The position numbers were made by a program, and so were the translations under genes. A stretch of 64,000 nt of DNA from Octopus vulgaris (lineage: Eukaryota): positions 22,878,001-22,942,000 of the forward strand of contig OX597820.1 of NCBI GenBank assembly GCA_951406725.2. The letters run 5' to 3'. Every line of letters begins with the position of its first letter. Within the stretch, counting starts at the first letter, position 1. The notes beneath the pieces are model-generated. The model had not been told where the DNA came from. It saw only the letters and a list, made by a program, of their open reading frames with translations, and did no database searches. Shown here one piece after another: positions 53,040 to 64,000 of the stretch.

Positions 53040-53460
53040 GGATCCTCATGTTCTGATACACTTTTTTATTGTCCACCAATATTCATTCTTAGATATGGTT
53101 CGTAGTGGAGATGCATGTATTCTAGTGATACGTCTGAAAGAAATCTGGATTTCATTCAAAACTGGAAAATGATTTACCTAAGTTGCAATACCTTAAGCTT
53201 AGGAGAGACAAAATGCAAAGCAATGGCTCTCATTCATCCTTTCTCTGGATCAGACAGTACATCAGCTTTCAAGTTTAAGAGAAAGTGATATTGTTTCGAG
53301 ATGAAGAACAAGATTCAACACCTTACCAAAGAATTCACAGCTGAGCCAACAATTCATAAACAAGATTCCCAACTGAAAGAGATTGTGAGGCAGCAATTTA
53401 TCTTGGAGCTACGCAACAAGAAATGATGTTCTGTTGTAAGATCAGGGACATGGAGTGTCA
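53040..53460 (+). pseudogene. Relic of an XPG/FEN-like nuclease domain of the type carried by Academ (AcademX) DNA transposons
   Basis: EIWISFKTGK (53140-53169), SLGETKCKAMALIHPFSGSDSTSAFKFKRK (53196-53285) and MFCCKIRDME resemble, in the same order, LWIAFGTGK, LG..K..AL..FHAFTGCDTxSAF.GKGK and LFCQKNR.ME. Confidence 0.65.
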
Positions 53461-53518
53461 TTGTCTCCTTACCTTGACCCCAAACAAGAAATGCTTCAAA
53501 TAAAGCATCGGCTTACAG

Positions 53519-53519
<1 letters not shown>

Positions 53520-53589
<70 letters not shown>
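53520..53589. repeat. Pure (GT)n microsatellite
   Basis: Seen directly. Confidence 0.95.
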
Positions 53590-53590
<1 letters not shown>

Positions 53591-53807
53591 AATATCTCCT
53601 TGCACTGACATCACATAATTAGAAGCAATTGTCACTGTCATGCAAGGGGTTCCCTCTATTCCTAATATTTCATGAAAAACATATCTGGTCATGGGGAAAT
53701 ATTACCTTACTAGGCAAAAAGGAAGAGCTTTCAGCTCCAGCAAATCTTCCTAAATAAAATTCCATCCAACTCACATGAACATGGAAAAGGGGACACTAAA
53801 ACAATGA

Positions 53808-54000
53808 TCATCATCATTTAACATCACTTGTTCAAGCTGGTATTGGTTAAATGGTGTGACCATAGCTGGCAAGCGGGGAGGGGGGGATGCACCAGACTCC
53901 AGTCTGATCTGGCAGAGTTTCTACAGCTGGATGCCCTTCCTAATGCCAACCGCTTTACAGAATGTGCTGGGTGCTTTTACATGATGCCATACAGGCGCTT
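53808..54000 (-). mobile_element. Family B SINE
   Basis: ctccagtctgatctggcagagtttctacagctggatgcccttcctaatgccaacc. Confidence 0.8.
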
Positions 54001-57000
54001 TTATGATGGTATGTGTATGGATGAATATATACACACACACACACCATCATCATCACTTTTATATTCTTTGTTTCCTTCCACCATTCCTAGGTTGGATGAG
54101 TCTCAAAGCACTTCACCTCCTGTTCTGACACTTTATCACCAAGCACACACATAGCAACAGAGGTGTATGCAGTTATGACTCTACACCTACTTCTATCACC
54201 AACTACTTTATAGGTGCATCCCAATATGCTACCAACACTCAAGAGGCTACAGCTTTGGTTAGCCCAGTGCTATAGAAAATATTGGCCCAAGGTGCTATGG
54301 GAATGAAACTCAAGAGTCAAAACTATCATGTCTCAATTTTTAATCTATGTAAATACTCTTCCGGATAGATTGCTAGTTTTGTGACTTACAGAATCCATGT
54401 CTCAATTCTTTACTTTCTCTTCTTTTTTTTTCTTTCTTTAAATGGGGATTACATGGATTTTACAGCTGGTCATATGATGTTTGTAATCAGCATTATTTTA
54501 TGCAATGGAAAAATTTTTCTTTTTACCATGACACTGAAACTACAAAGGTCCCCGGTTTTCTTTTAAATATTTTGTGATAAATATAGCACATAATTCAAGA
54601 ATCACATCAACAGTGGTTTTGCCCTTGTACATCCATCCCAAAATGGATTTTTAACCTAGCAGTAGATAAGCACAATTTTGAGCATAAAGCCCAACAGTGT
54701 TTCACAGAAGCCATTGGATGTGTGTGTGTTCATTCATTTATCTTTCGGTCCTATTTTTTTCATGCAGGTATGGGTTAAACAAGTATTATTGAGTCATGTT
54801 TTACAACCAGGTGCCCACCCTTTCATGAACCCATATCTTTTTTAAAAAAAAAAGGATTTCTTATTTTGAATGTCTATGAAAGTGCTGTAATGACAAAGCA
54901 TCACAGTCCACAGTATTCAGAGAAGATGGAAATACACACACAAGAAGCTTATTTCAGTCTGTATCTATCAAATACACTGACACAGCTTTGGTTAGCCCAG
55001 TGCTATAGAAGATATTGGCTCAAGGTGCTATGCAATGAAACTCAAAAGTAGTAAACTCCCTAATCACAAAGCCATGCTTGTGCCTTAAAAGTCGTAACAC
55101 TACCTGTGGGACTACCACTAAACCAAAGAGACAGACAGATGAATAGACATGAAAACTGTATATATAGAATATAGAATCTACAATTAACTGCATTAATCTC
55201 ACCAGCCTCAGAGGATCTGCAAAGGCTATAGCAGCCCTTTCCTCCAAACCAATCCAATAAAATAAATGAAACAAAATGAATTATATGAAATGTATATAAT
55301 TTGTGTGTCCACGAAATGAACTGAAGTTTCTCTATTGAAATTTTGAGTTTCTTATGAATTATACTGGATTGGAATGAATTGCCTATGTTCAGTCCACTGG
55401 AGAACAAAGGCTTCAGTATATTCTCTCCGCCAACCATAGTCTGATGTGAAGGCCATGAATCTGAGCTTGTGATCATATTGGTTTGATGAGCCTACTCTGC
55501 CACATAGGCTTGAAATTGCTTGGCTGAGGGGTGAAGTTTTTATATTTACAAATGGGAGTAATTGAGTCAATTATCCATTGACCCCAGTCAATTATACATT
55601 GACTCTACTGGTATTTATTTTATTGACCCCAGAAGGGTGAAAGGCAAAGTCAACCTCGGCAGAATTTGAACTCAGAACGTAAAGATAAAACGAAATACTC
55701 TAAGCATTTCTCTCAGCATGCTAACGATTCTGCCAGCTTGTTGTCTGAGCTTCATATATTTGATCAAATAACAGTCAATTCAAAAGTTGGAACTCCACAG
55801 AACTAGGAATAGGATATAGAAATAAATTCAAGCAACATGAATTTATCAATAACATTAGGATGCCAAATTTTCAGCAAAGTATGGATATTTTTACAAAGGA
55901 ACCTGAAGAAGAGGAAGACCAAGGAGGATAAAGGGGAGATGCTTTTAAAGCTGATGTCTGAGTATTGAACCTCACAAAGAAAATGGCAAAGAATCACAAG
56001 TGGTGAGAGGTTATGCAGGAAAAGACCCAGCCAACTCACACAAGCATAGAAAAATTCACATAAAAAAAATTATGATGAATAATAATTTTAATTTGATTAT
56101 GAAATAAATATAATGATGAAACTTTTTTTTTTTTTTTTTCAATCATACAAAAAAAAAAAAAAAAGAGTTGACGGTTTGAAAGGGAAGGCATCTAGTAAAA
56201 GTATTTTATTGACGATTGCAGTGGTGGTGATGATCATATCAAAAAAATACTCTATTTTTGTCATGGCATTTAATCTATAGAGAGCCATTTTACAGCAGGG
56301 AGGGAGAGGGGGGAGAGGCAAAGGAGAAGGCGGGGGAAAGGTCACTAGATTTGTTTTAAGAAAAAGTTACATTGACAGGTATTGAGTGATTATAGGTGAA
56401 AGAGGAATAACTTATTGATTACCAATTCCATGACTGTACAAGATGTTGCAGTGAGGAGAAATCCTCTGCAGGTAGAAAAATAATAATGATAATAATAATA
56501 ATAATAATAATTTGCAGATTTCAATGGAAGAAGGAGAAGGGGAAAAAAGTATATTCAAAGTGATAACAGAAGTTCAACAGCCAGTAATGGTATCTGATAT
56601 ACTGTCTGGGTTTGTTAGTTCATAATGAAGGAAACTGGCATTTCAGTTCATTTGTATATTATTTCTAATATCGTGATGATGGTGATCATCATCATCATCA
56701 CTCCTTCCCTTCTTTACCTAGCAACCTCAGCTTTTCACAGAAGTTATTATTCCTACTTGCTAAATTTACCTGGCGGGGGAGGAGGTGGAGTGTCATACCA
56801 AATGGGAGAGGAGTAAATTACATAAGTAAAAAGAGAGAAACCCAGTGCAACTAAGTGCTGAATAAAATGTGCGTGGGCGTGGCTGAGTGCTGAAGGTGTT
56901 TGCCTTACAACTAGAGGCTTCTGGATTTGATCCCACTGCACACAACAGAGCAACAGTTATCTACCAGACTGACCAACACTCCACAAAATATGGTCAGTGG

Positions 57001-57071
57001 AAAATATAGTATGTGTAGAGCCACTGAGTAGAGTGGGAGTGTATATACATGAATTCATGCAGCACAACATA

Positions 57072-57255
57072 TGAGGGGGTGGGTACTGAAAAATCCCAGG
57101 CTTTGGGTAAAAGAAAATATTCCCCTCTGAGATTCACACATTTATTGCAGCAGTCCTTCAGATTTTCTAAACTCTGTAAAAGAACTCAGAAGGTTGGGCC
57201 TCCAACCAAGCTTTCACGATACTCCTAAAGCCAAGAAGTTTTTAGCATCCCCCTG
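57072..57255. mobile_element. Mariner-type MITE with TA TSD
   Basis: TA|tgagggggtg..ctgaaaaatcccaggcttt ... aaagccaagaagtttttagcatccccctg|TA. Confidence 0.7.
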
Positions 57256-58919
57256 TAAATACATTAGTTAGAGAACCGACAATAAACTTGTGCAGTGAAA
57301 CAGAAATACCTAGCAGGATTTATTCCACCCAAGTTACACAAACACTCGCTTGTCACACTACTGTAAATACAATGAAACAGTACTACTACTATTTACAAAA
57401 TTGCAAGATCTAAACTTAAAAATTAAAATGCGTAAACACAATTTCTTTTACATAATTAATTATCAGGAGTGAAAACTGAGATGCACTGTTTATCAAGAAT
57501 TTAACGTAAGGTTTATCAGAAGCAAAACTGCATTTGAAGATTGTATCAATAAGCTGTGTCTAGTAAAAGTTTTAGAAAGTGAACTGAAAGCTACTAAGAT
57601 AATGGCTTACGTGCAACTAAAGACACACTCTAGCAGACATCATGTACAATACAAAGTAAAGTAATATTAGTGATGGAATGAGTTGTTGTTGTTGATGTTG
57701 TTTAGCGCCAGATCAGTTCTTATCTAGCAAATTTATAATTTAAAAGCATTTCAGATGTAACGAACCTCACTCCCCACCACCAATTCAAGGAAAACTACAT
57801 TGCCCAATTTATCCTCTGATTTTTTTTTTTTAACTAAGGAGGTACATGAGAGAAATTTTGTTGCTATTTTCAGCAAGTCAACCAACCAAAGAAGCTATTA
57901 AATCAGCTCAAAATGGAATGAATGAATAAATTACATAGAAATACAATATTTAATTTGTGTACCTTCTGCACTCAGAAACCCCACCCCACCCAACCCATTT
58001 GTCTTTCCACCATTCACAACCCCTGCTGCATCCAAACCTACTGGCCCCACACAAACCACTATATCTCGTCCTTCCTCCTTAGAACAACATCCCACTGAAA
58101 TCTTGTCTTTACTCATGTCTTTCCTGCAGGTGTTAATCAGTAACAATTTAAACCGAACGTTAAAAGGCATCAAACACTGGTCTTGAAGGGTCTATAAAGG
58201 TCATGAGCACTTCCCCTTCCTTTACAATCAGAATTTTAAAAAAAAAAAAAAAAAAAAAAAAAGAATACCCCCAAAGTCGACAATTTCCAAATTCTTTCAA
58301 AATGACTCAAGTGTGAATGACAGAAATAGGAGTAGAATATATGGTGTTATATCTTATCAATCCCAGAAGAATGAAACAAAAATTGATTCCACCTGAATTT
58401 GAACTCAAAACCTTAACATCACTGTGTATTTTGTTCAATGTGCGAAGCATTCAGCTAATCCAACACTCTTGTTTGTATAATTGCTTGCATAAATTATTGA
58501 AAATATAACTGAGTTGAAATTGTTTATCAGAAATACACGAACAATTCTCATGGTCTTAAAATAAACAAAAACAAACAAAAAATAATTTTTGCAGTAACCC
58601 TTGAAGAGTAGCAAAACAAAATTGTAAATTAACAAAGACAGCCATAGTTATATACGTTTTATAAAAAAAAAATCGCCCCTCAGAAGAGAGTGAAATCTTA
58701 TTTGTAATAGTCGTTATTAACACCAAAGTAATTCAGACAAAAATTAAGGAAAGTGATGGAAGGGAGACAACTTATATATTTCTAGTTCTATTGAATTGAA
58801 GGCATAAGTTTGATTGCTTTAATGGGCAGAGAATTCAAATATTTCGAGTTAGGAAAAGTAAAGGGCATGCTGAAATATTAGAATTTTTTAACTGTAGAAT
58901 AACATGTTTTAATTTTCAC

Positions 58920-58950
<31 letters not shown>

Positions 58951-59227
58951 CATATTCTCGAAAGTAAAGAATTACATTCATTAGACAAACGTTTGCATCT
59001 ATGGGTGACTGACACAATTCCACAGCATCTGCTCAATGTCAGCTGTTGGTCATAGACCGAGGTTGATTGTTTCCCCCCCCTCCAGCCCCACTTCGACTGA
59101 ATTCTTTAAATGGTGTGTAGTTTATTGTATTCATATAACAGAACAACAAATTAACGACGTTTTTGAAGGAAGTATATTAACATATATAGTTCTAAATATT
59201 CCCAATCTATAAACTGTAAACCACTAT

Positions 59228-59450
59228 TATCATTTAACCTCCTTTTTTTCCATGCTGGCATAGGTTGAACGGTTTGACAAGAACAGAGGAGCCGGAGGGC
59301 TCCGTCACGTTCTATGCCTGCTTTGGTATGGTTCCTACAACTGGATGTCCTTCCTAACAGCAACCACTTAGCAACTTAATAGAGTGTACTAGCTGCTTTT
59401 TTCATGGTACCAGCAGTGAAGTCGCCAAGAACCTGCAAGATAATTTCCCC
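59228..59450 (-). mobile_element. Diverged family-B-like SINE
   Basis: ttccatgctggcataggttgaacgg...ctggatgtccttcctaacagcaaccac. Confidence 0.7.
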
Positions 59451-60339
59451 CAACTGGACAGGGTATAGACTAGAGTAAGAAATTATGATAGAGAGAAACA
59501 CACACATACAAACGTATGAGCGTGCGTGCGTGCGTATGTGTGTATACATACATATACACAATACAATATTTTTACAGTGCTATGCATTTATTCTTTTAAA
59601 CTTAATCTCTCGTCTACCCCTAAGATTTAAAATTTCCTCAAACTTTTCGTCATCCCGTTCCTCTGGGAAGTAATACCAGTAATATACTGAAACACTGCCA
59701 TCTAATATAACTCACGTCCACCAAAAATTGTCCTGTGTTTAGTAAAAAATATATATATATTGTTGCTTTTGTTTGGTTCAAAATTATCTCTGATAGGGCA
59801 GAACTATGATGAGAGTAGTTCTGATAGTGACCATCTCGTCTTTTTGTACACGAAGGACTACATTATCCAATGTGTCCTTCCATTGTTTATCACAAGAGAA
59901 TGTGATTTGAAGGGACATTCGATTGTAGTAAATCGACCTACCACGCAGAGCCTTAGGCGGAATCCACCCAATTGCAAGTATTCGGACCAAATGTCCGCGC
60001 GATTCAGTGATGTCTTCTTTCTTATCTCCCTCCAGAGAGCCTGTAAAGGATCATCCGCATTGCCCTTCCCTCTTAACTAAATGACAGAGGTGGGAGCGAA
60101 AAATTCGTCGAGTCGTCAGAAAAAGTTTTAAAAATACATTTAGGATCAAGGGGAATAACTCTTGCATAACTTTCCTTTCGTTAAAAATTTTACAAAGCGA
60201 AGTTAATTATTTCCTCTTTATCTGAGACACTTTTTAAGTGGTAGAAACGTCAACTTGAATCCAGTTACTTTGAGCTAAAACTATTGAAATTTATGTTCAA
60301 GTGAATTCTACTTTATGTTGTTTAGATTTTACTTCTAAT

Positions 60340-60680
60340 GGAGTTAAGAATTCACTTTCTACCCATATGGTTCCGGGTTCAGTACCATTGCGTAGTACTT
60401 TGGGTGTTCTCTATAGGAGCACCAGGCCATGTGAGTAAATTTTGTAGGCGGAAACTGTATCGAAGCCCATCGCGCGCGCGCATGTTTGTCCCTGTCCACA
60501 CCGCTTGACAGCCGGTGCTGGTTTGCTTACATCCATATCACTAGCGGCTTGGTAAAACGAATAAGTACAAGACTTCAAAAAAACTAATAAGCACTGGGGT
60601 TGATTTGTTCAACTAAAACTCAAGGCAGTGCCCCAGCATGGCCACAGTCCAATGACTGAAACAAGTAAAAAATAAAAGTC
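60340..60680 (+). mobile_element. Family A SINE, diverged but CpG-retaining
   Basis: ggttccgggttcagt...gtgccccagcatggccacagtccaatgactgaaacaagtaaaa. Confidence 0.8.
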
Positions 60681-61699
60681 TTTTAAAAAGGACAAGGTGA
60701 CAGCTCTTTCTGTATTATACTACCATACCATGCAATAATGTCACAATATCCCTGTTAAATTTTTTAAATGGTACCATCCCACAAAAAAAAAAAATTTAAT
60801 TAAAGCTTAGTGTAAAATACTTTTGACCAGTTAGTAGAATTAAGTGACCTTAATATATAAGTATTTATTTAAGCTAACAGATGTAGTTGTTTGACTTGTT
60901 TTAAATTAACCACTAAATCTCCCTCTTTACCACCTTAAAATGTAAGGAACATTGGATACTGTAGTTCTAAAAACAGTATGTCTTAGAGAGAGAGAAAACG
61001 AATGGTTCCAGTTTGAACATATTTTATTGTATGTTTGCTCAATGATAACAATTATTAATAGTTATTTTATTGACTTCTAAATTATTTTCGAGAAAACTTG
61101 AGCATAAACAGATTTGAAAAGTAATTGACACTAGAATTTTTCAGTTTCTTATTTTATCAACAACAAATAGATGTCTGTCCAAAATTTTAAACTTAAAAAG
61201 AAAAATGTATGTATTAAAATTCTAGAGAAACAGTGTAATCTACTTAAAATTTTGTAGACTATAAAAGTAGCTGCCATCATAATATTTACAGCATAGGCTT
61301 TGTGCTTCTAATAAATATTTTAATTGAGCCCAGACAGCTGACAGGTGAAGTTAACCGCAACAGGATTTGAACGTAAAGGGACATAACTAAATACTGCAAA
61401 CTATTTTGTCTTCCGTTCTATCCATTCACTTGTCATCAACCATGCTTCAACAATAATAACAGTGTTCCAAAGCTTAGCTATATTCTACATTTGATCTTGA
61501 GCTGATCAAGAGTCGTGTGTGAGTGTGTGAAATAAATTATTTTCTTCATCGGAGTTATTGTTACAATATGGTATATTTTCAAAATATCCATTTCAATAAA
61601 AACAAACCCTATATCATTTCTTTGCTAATTCTTATATCTTAAGTGGCTCTGCTATTAACTGAACACATCAAGTTACACTACGAATGAGAGATGCAGCTG

Positions 61700-61950
61700 G
61701 CAACCTCAACAGAGTGTCAAGGTGTCATATTGCTATGATGTCCACAGTCAAAATACTTCAACTCTCAGATTACTGAATGTAAAAGAAGAACCATCAGTTG
61801 ATGTAGTTTGCAAGTATAAACAGGACGACTGCAAAATTAACAAATTTCATTAGCTCTAAGTATGTTCAGTTCAAATCCTCAATTACTCAGACAGGGATCA
61901 GATATACCACACTATGGGCCTCAAGTTCTATATGGCTGCTAAAGAATTTT
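61700..61950 (+). pseudogene. Possible highly decayed LINE RT fragment
   Basis: Frameshifted pieces KYFN...VDVVCK..DDC and YHTMGLKF loosely resemble RTE motifs LFNL..LQYADDC and GLKIN. Confidence 0.25.
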
Positions 61951-62894
61951 GTTGCAAGTAATGATTTATTTAAATTAGTCAGTCCCATAAGCTCAATGGG
62001 TTTTCACATAAAACATGAACACCCATCCAACCATCCATCTATTATTCTTGGTGAGGCTGTGGGGGAGAATCCTCAGGCATTTCCTCCAAACAATCCTACC
62101 AGAAATTGTCATTAAACTTTCCTGCTGGATTCCAAAGTTTGACCAACTGAGACCATAAATATTATCCAACCATCTTGCTCATGCTGTCTCTAGGCAGCTG
62201 TCAGTTGGTTTGGTTTCAAGAAAAAGTGTAGAAAAAAATAAAACCTGAACAAATATATTTAAATGCTGCCTTACCAACAAGTTAACATGTGAGTGTGTGA
62301 CCTCATGCATACTGTGAATTAAAATTCAATTTTTAATATTAATGATTATAACCACTCTTTCAATCTCAGACTAATTTAACGTGCTAACCACAACCTATAC
62401 CACCAGTGGTTCATCGCAAACTTCACACAACCACCATATGCACCACCAGTGGTACATTTTCATAATTTGAGACAATATTTTATTCTGTATCTTTGTCAGA
62501 GTTTCAAGGATATCTAAACAACATGAGTACTAAATATTCAGTTCAATTTTGAAATGTAAAAATACAAAAAAATTACATTTCCTTGTAAGTATGCAGTGTG
62601 ATCGGAAATATGTGATGTTAAATTCCAGTAACAGGCCATGGCAGTTAATGTGTTAAGATTGTAAGAGAACAAAGACGTTGTCAAAACTCATTTGTCAATT
62701 GCACAGTCCTATTGCAGACTACAGCAAGTAAGAGTTCTTCTTTTACACTCAGTAATCTGAGAGTTGAAGCATTTTGCTAGTGGACATCATCATAGCAAAT
62801 AGACGCCCTATTACGATTGTCAGCTGCATTTATTGTTTTCTAAGCACTGTATCACCGTTTATGTTACACTGCTTTTTATCCTTTTATATTTTAT

Positions 62895-63275
62895 GACTGT
62901 GGCTGTGTAGTTAAGAAGCTTGCTTCCTAACCATATGGTTTTAGATTTAAGCCTACTGCATGGCACCTTTGGCAAATGTCCTTAACTATAGTCCTAGGCC
63001 AACCAAAGCATTGCTAGTGGAAGCTGAAAGCTGTATGTATGTGTGCGTATGCACACATGCACCGTTGCCTAAGCATCAAATGATGTTTGTAAATGAGTGA
63101 GGTTCTTCATTTCCAGTCTCCTGTGAAATACATGTCTAGCTATGAAAAAATATTACCTTACTTGGAAACAAGCGAGGGTTGGTGACAGGAAAGACATTCA
63201 GTTATAGAAAGTCTACCCCAACAAATTTCATCTGACTCATGCAACATGGGAAAGTAGACATTAAATGATGATGAT
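62895..63275 (+). mobile_element. Family A head with RTE-type tail
   Basis: gtggctgtgtagttaagaagcttgcttcc...ttggaaacaagcgagggttggtgacaggaa...gacattaaatgatgatgat. Confidence 0.8.
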
Positions 63276-64000
63276 TTTTATTCACTAATTCTGGTATAAC
63301 CAAAGCTGCCCCCAAAGCAATAAATCAATGATTCAACATCTCACAGTGGGTTCTTTTCCAATTAAAAATAAATACTTACAAGAAAATAATGTTTAGAATC
63401 ATTCGTGTTTAAAATAATAGTTGTTAATCTTGTGGCTAATTTTTACTGAAATGACAGTGAAATTAACACCTCTTTCAATTGGTTCGATTGCTCTGATTAC
63501 TGTCAGCTTAATTATTCCTGGATATGTATATAGTTGCAAAACGAATTTCACCTAAGAAACTTTTCTTCTCAACTAAGAGTAGTAACGCTCTTATTCATTA
63601 TATCAGTACATATACCAGTGGCTGCATAGATACAACCATTACTGCCCTTAACTGAGAAATTAAAGCACCACGATTGAATCAAGGGATAACTTACAGCATT
63701 GCTGGTAATGTAGATGCAACTATCTTAAAATGCTTCATCTCCAAAGATGAGGTGAATAATTCAAAACATTTACAATAGTGTTCCCTATGTTCTGCAGATA
63801 ATTTAAAGACTATGTAAGCTCAAATTTTAAAGGTGAAGCAGTGAACATAATCAGGCTAAAATGCAAACTATTTTGTAACGAGGTGAATTAATTTCCAACA
63901 ATTTTTTTAGGGAAATTTATCATATTCAGTACACACCAAAGAAGATGAGAAGAAATTAAAATATTAAGTAATTAACATCACTAATCTTGCAGTCTTATTT

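Noticed and set aside
59760-60080. 106-aa ORF
   Set aside because: Non-ATG start, first half is repeat family E, and no recognisable protein.
63374-63445. Possible exon (tttcag| ... TT|GTAAGT) on the minus strand
   Set aside because: The phase-0 frame starts with a stop codon and has no liprin similarity.

Overview
AT-rich, microsatellite- and SINE-dense eukaryotic DNA. The repeat families look like those of an octopus (coleoid cephalopod); this is an inference. The window lies inside one minus-strand gene, liprin-alpha (PPFIA/SYD-2 family). Two canonical phase-0 coding exons of its N-terminal coiled-coil region are present (21777-21878 and 1569-1733), separated by a 20,043-bp intron. The canonical first coding exon was not seen, so it probably lies beyond 64000. 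The introns hold several SINE families, TTAA-, TA- and 8-bp-TSD MITEs, and decayed DD37D mariner, hAT, piggyBac-like, RTE LINE, Penelope-like and Academ(XPG)-like relics. Best leads: (1) a candidate alternative first coding exon at 47251-47358 (ATG, 36 open codons, perfect CAG|GTAAGT donor, in frame with the next exon); (2) a fold-back element at ~36.6-37.2 kb with a tRNA-like Pol III head and two decayed hammerhead-ribozyme-like motifs; (3) a near-perfect MITE hairpin and inverted young SINEs around the 102-nt exon. No prokaryotic system, CRISPR array, rRNA or true tRNA gene is evident. Repeat boundaries are approximate and were read by eye.
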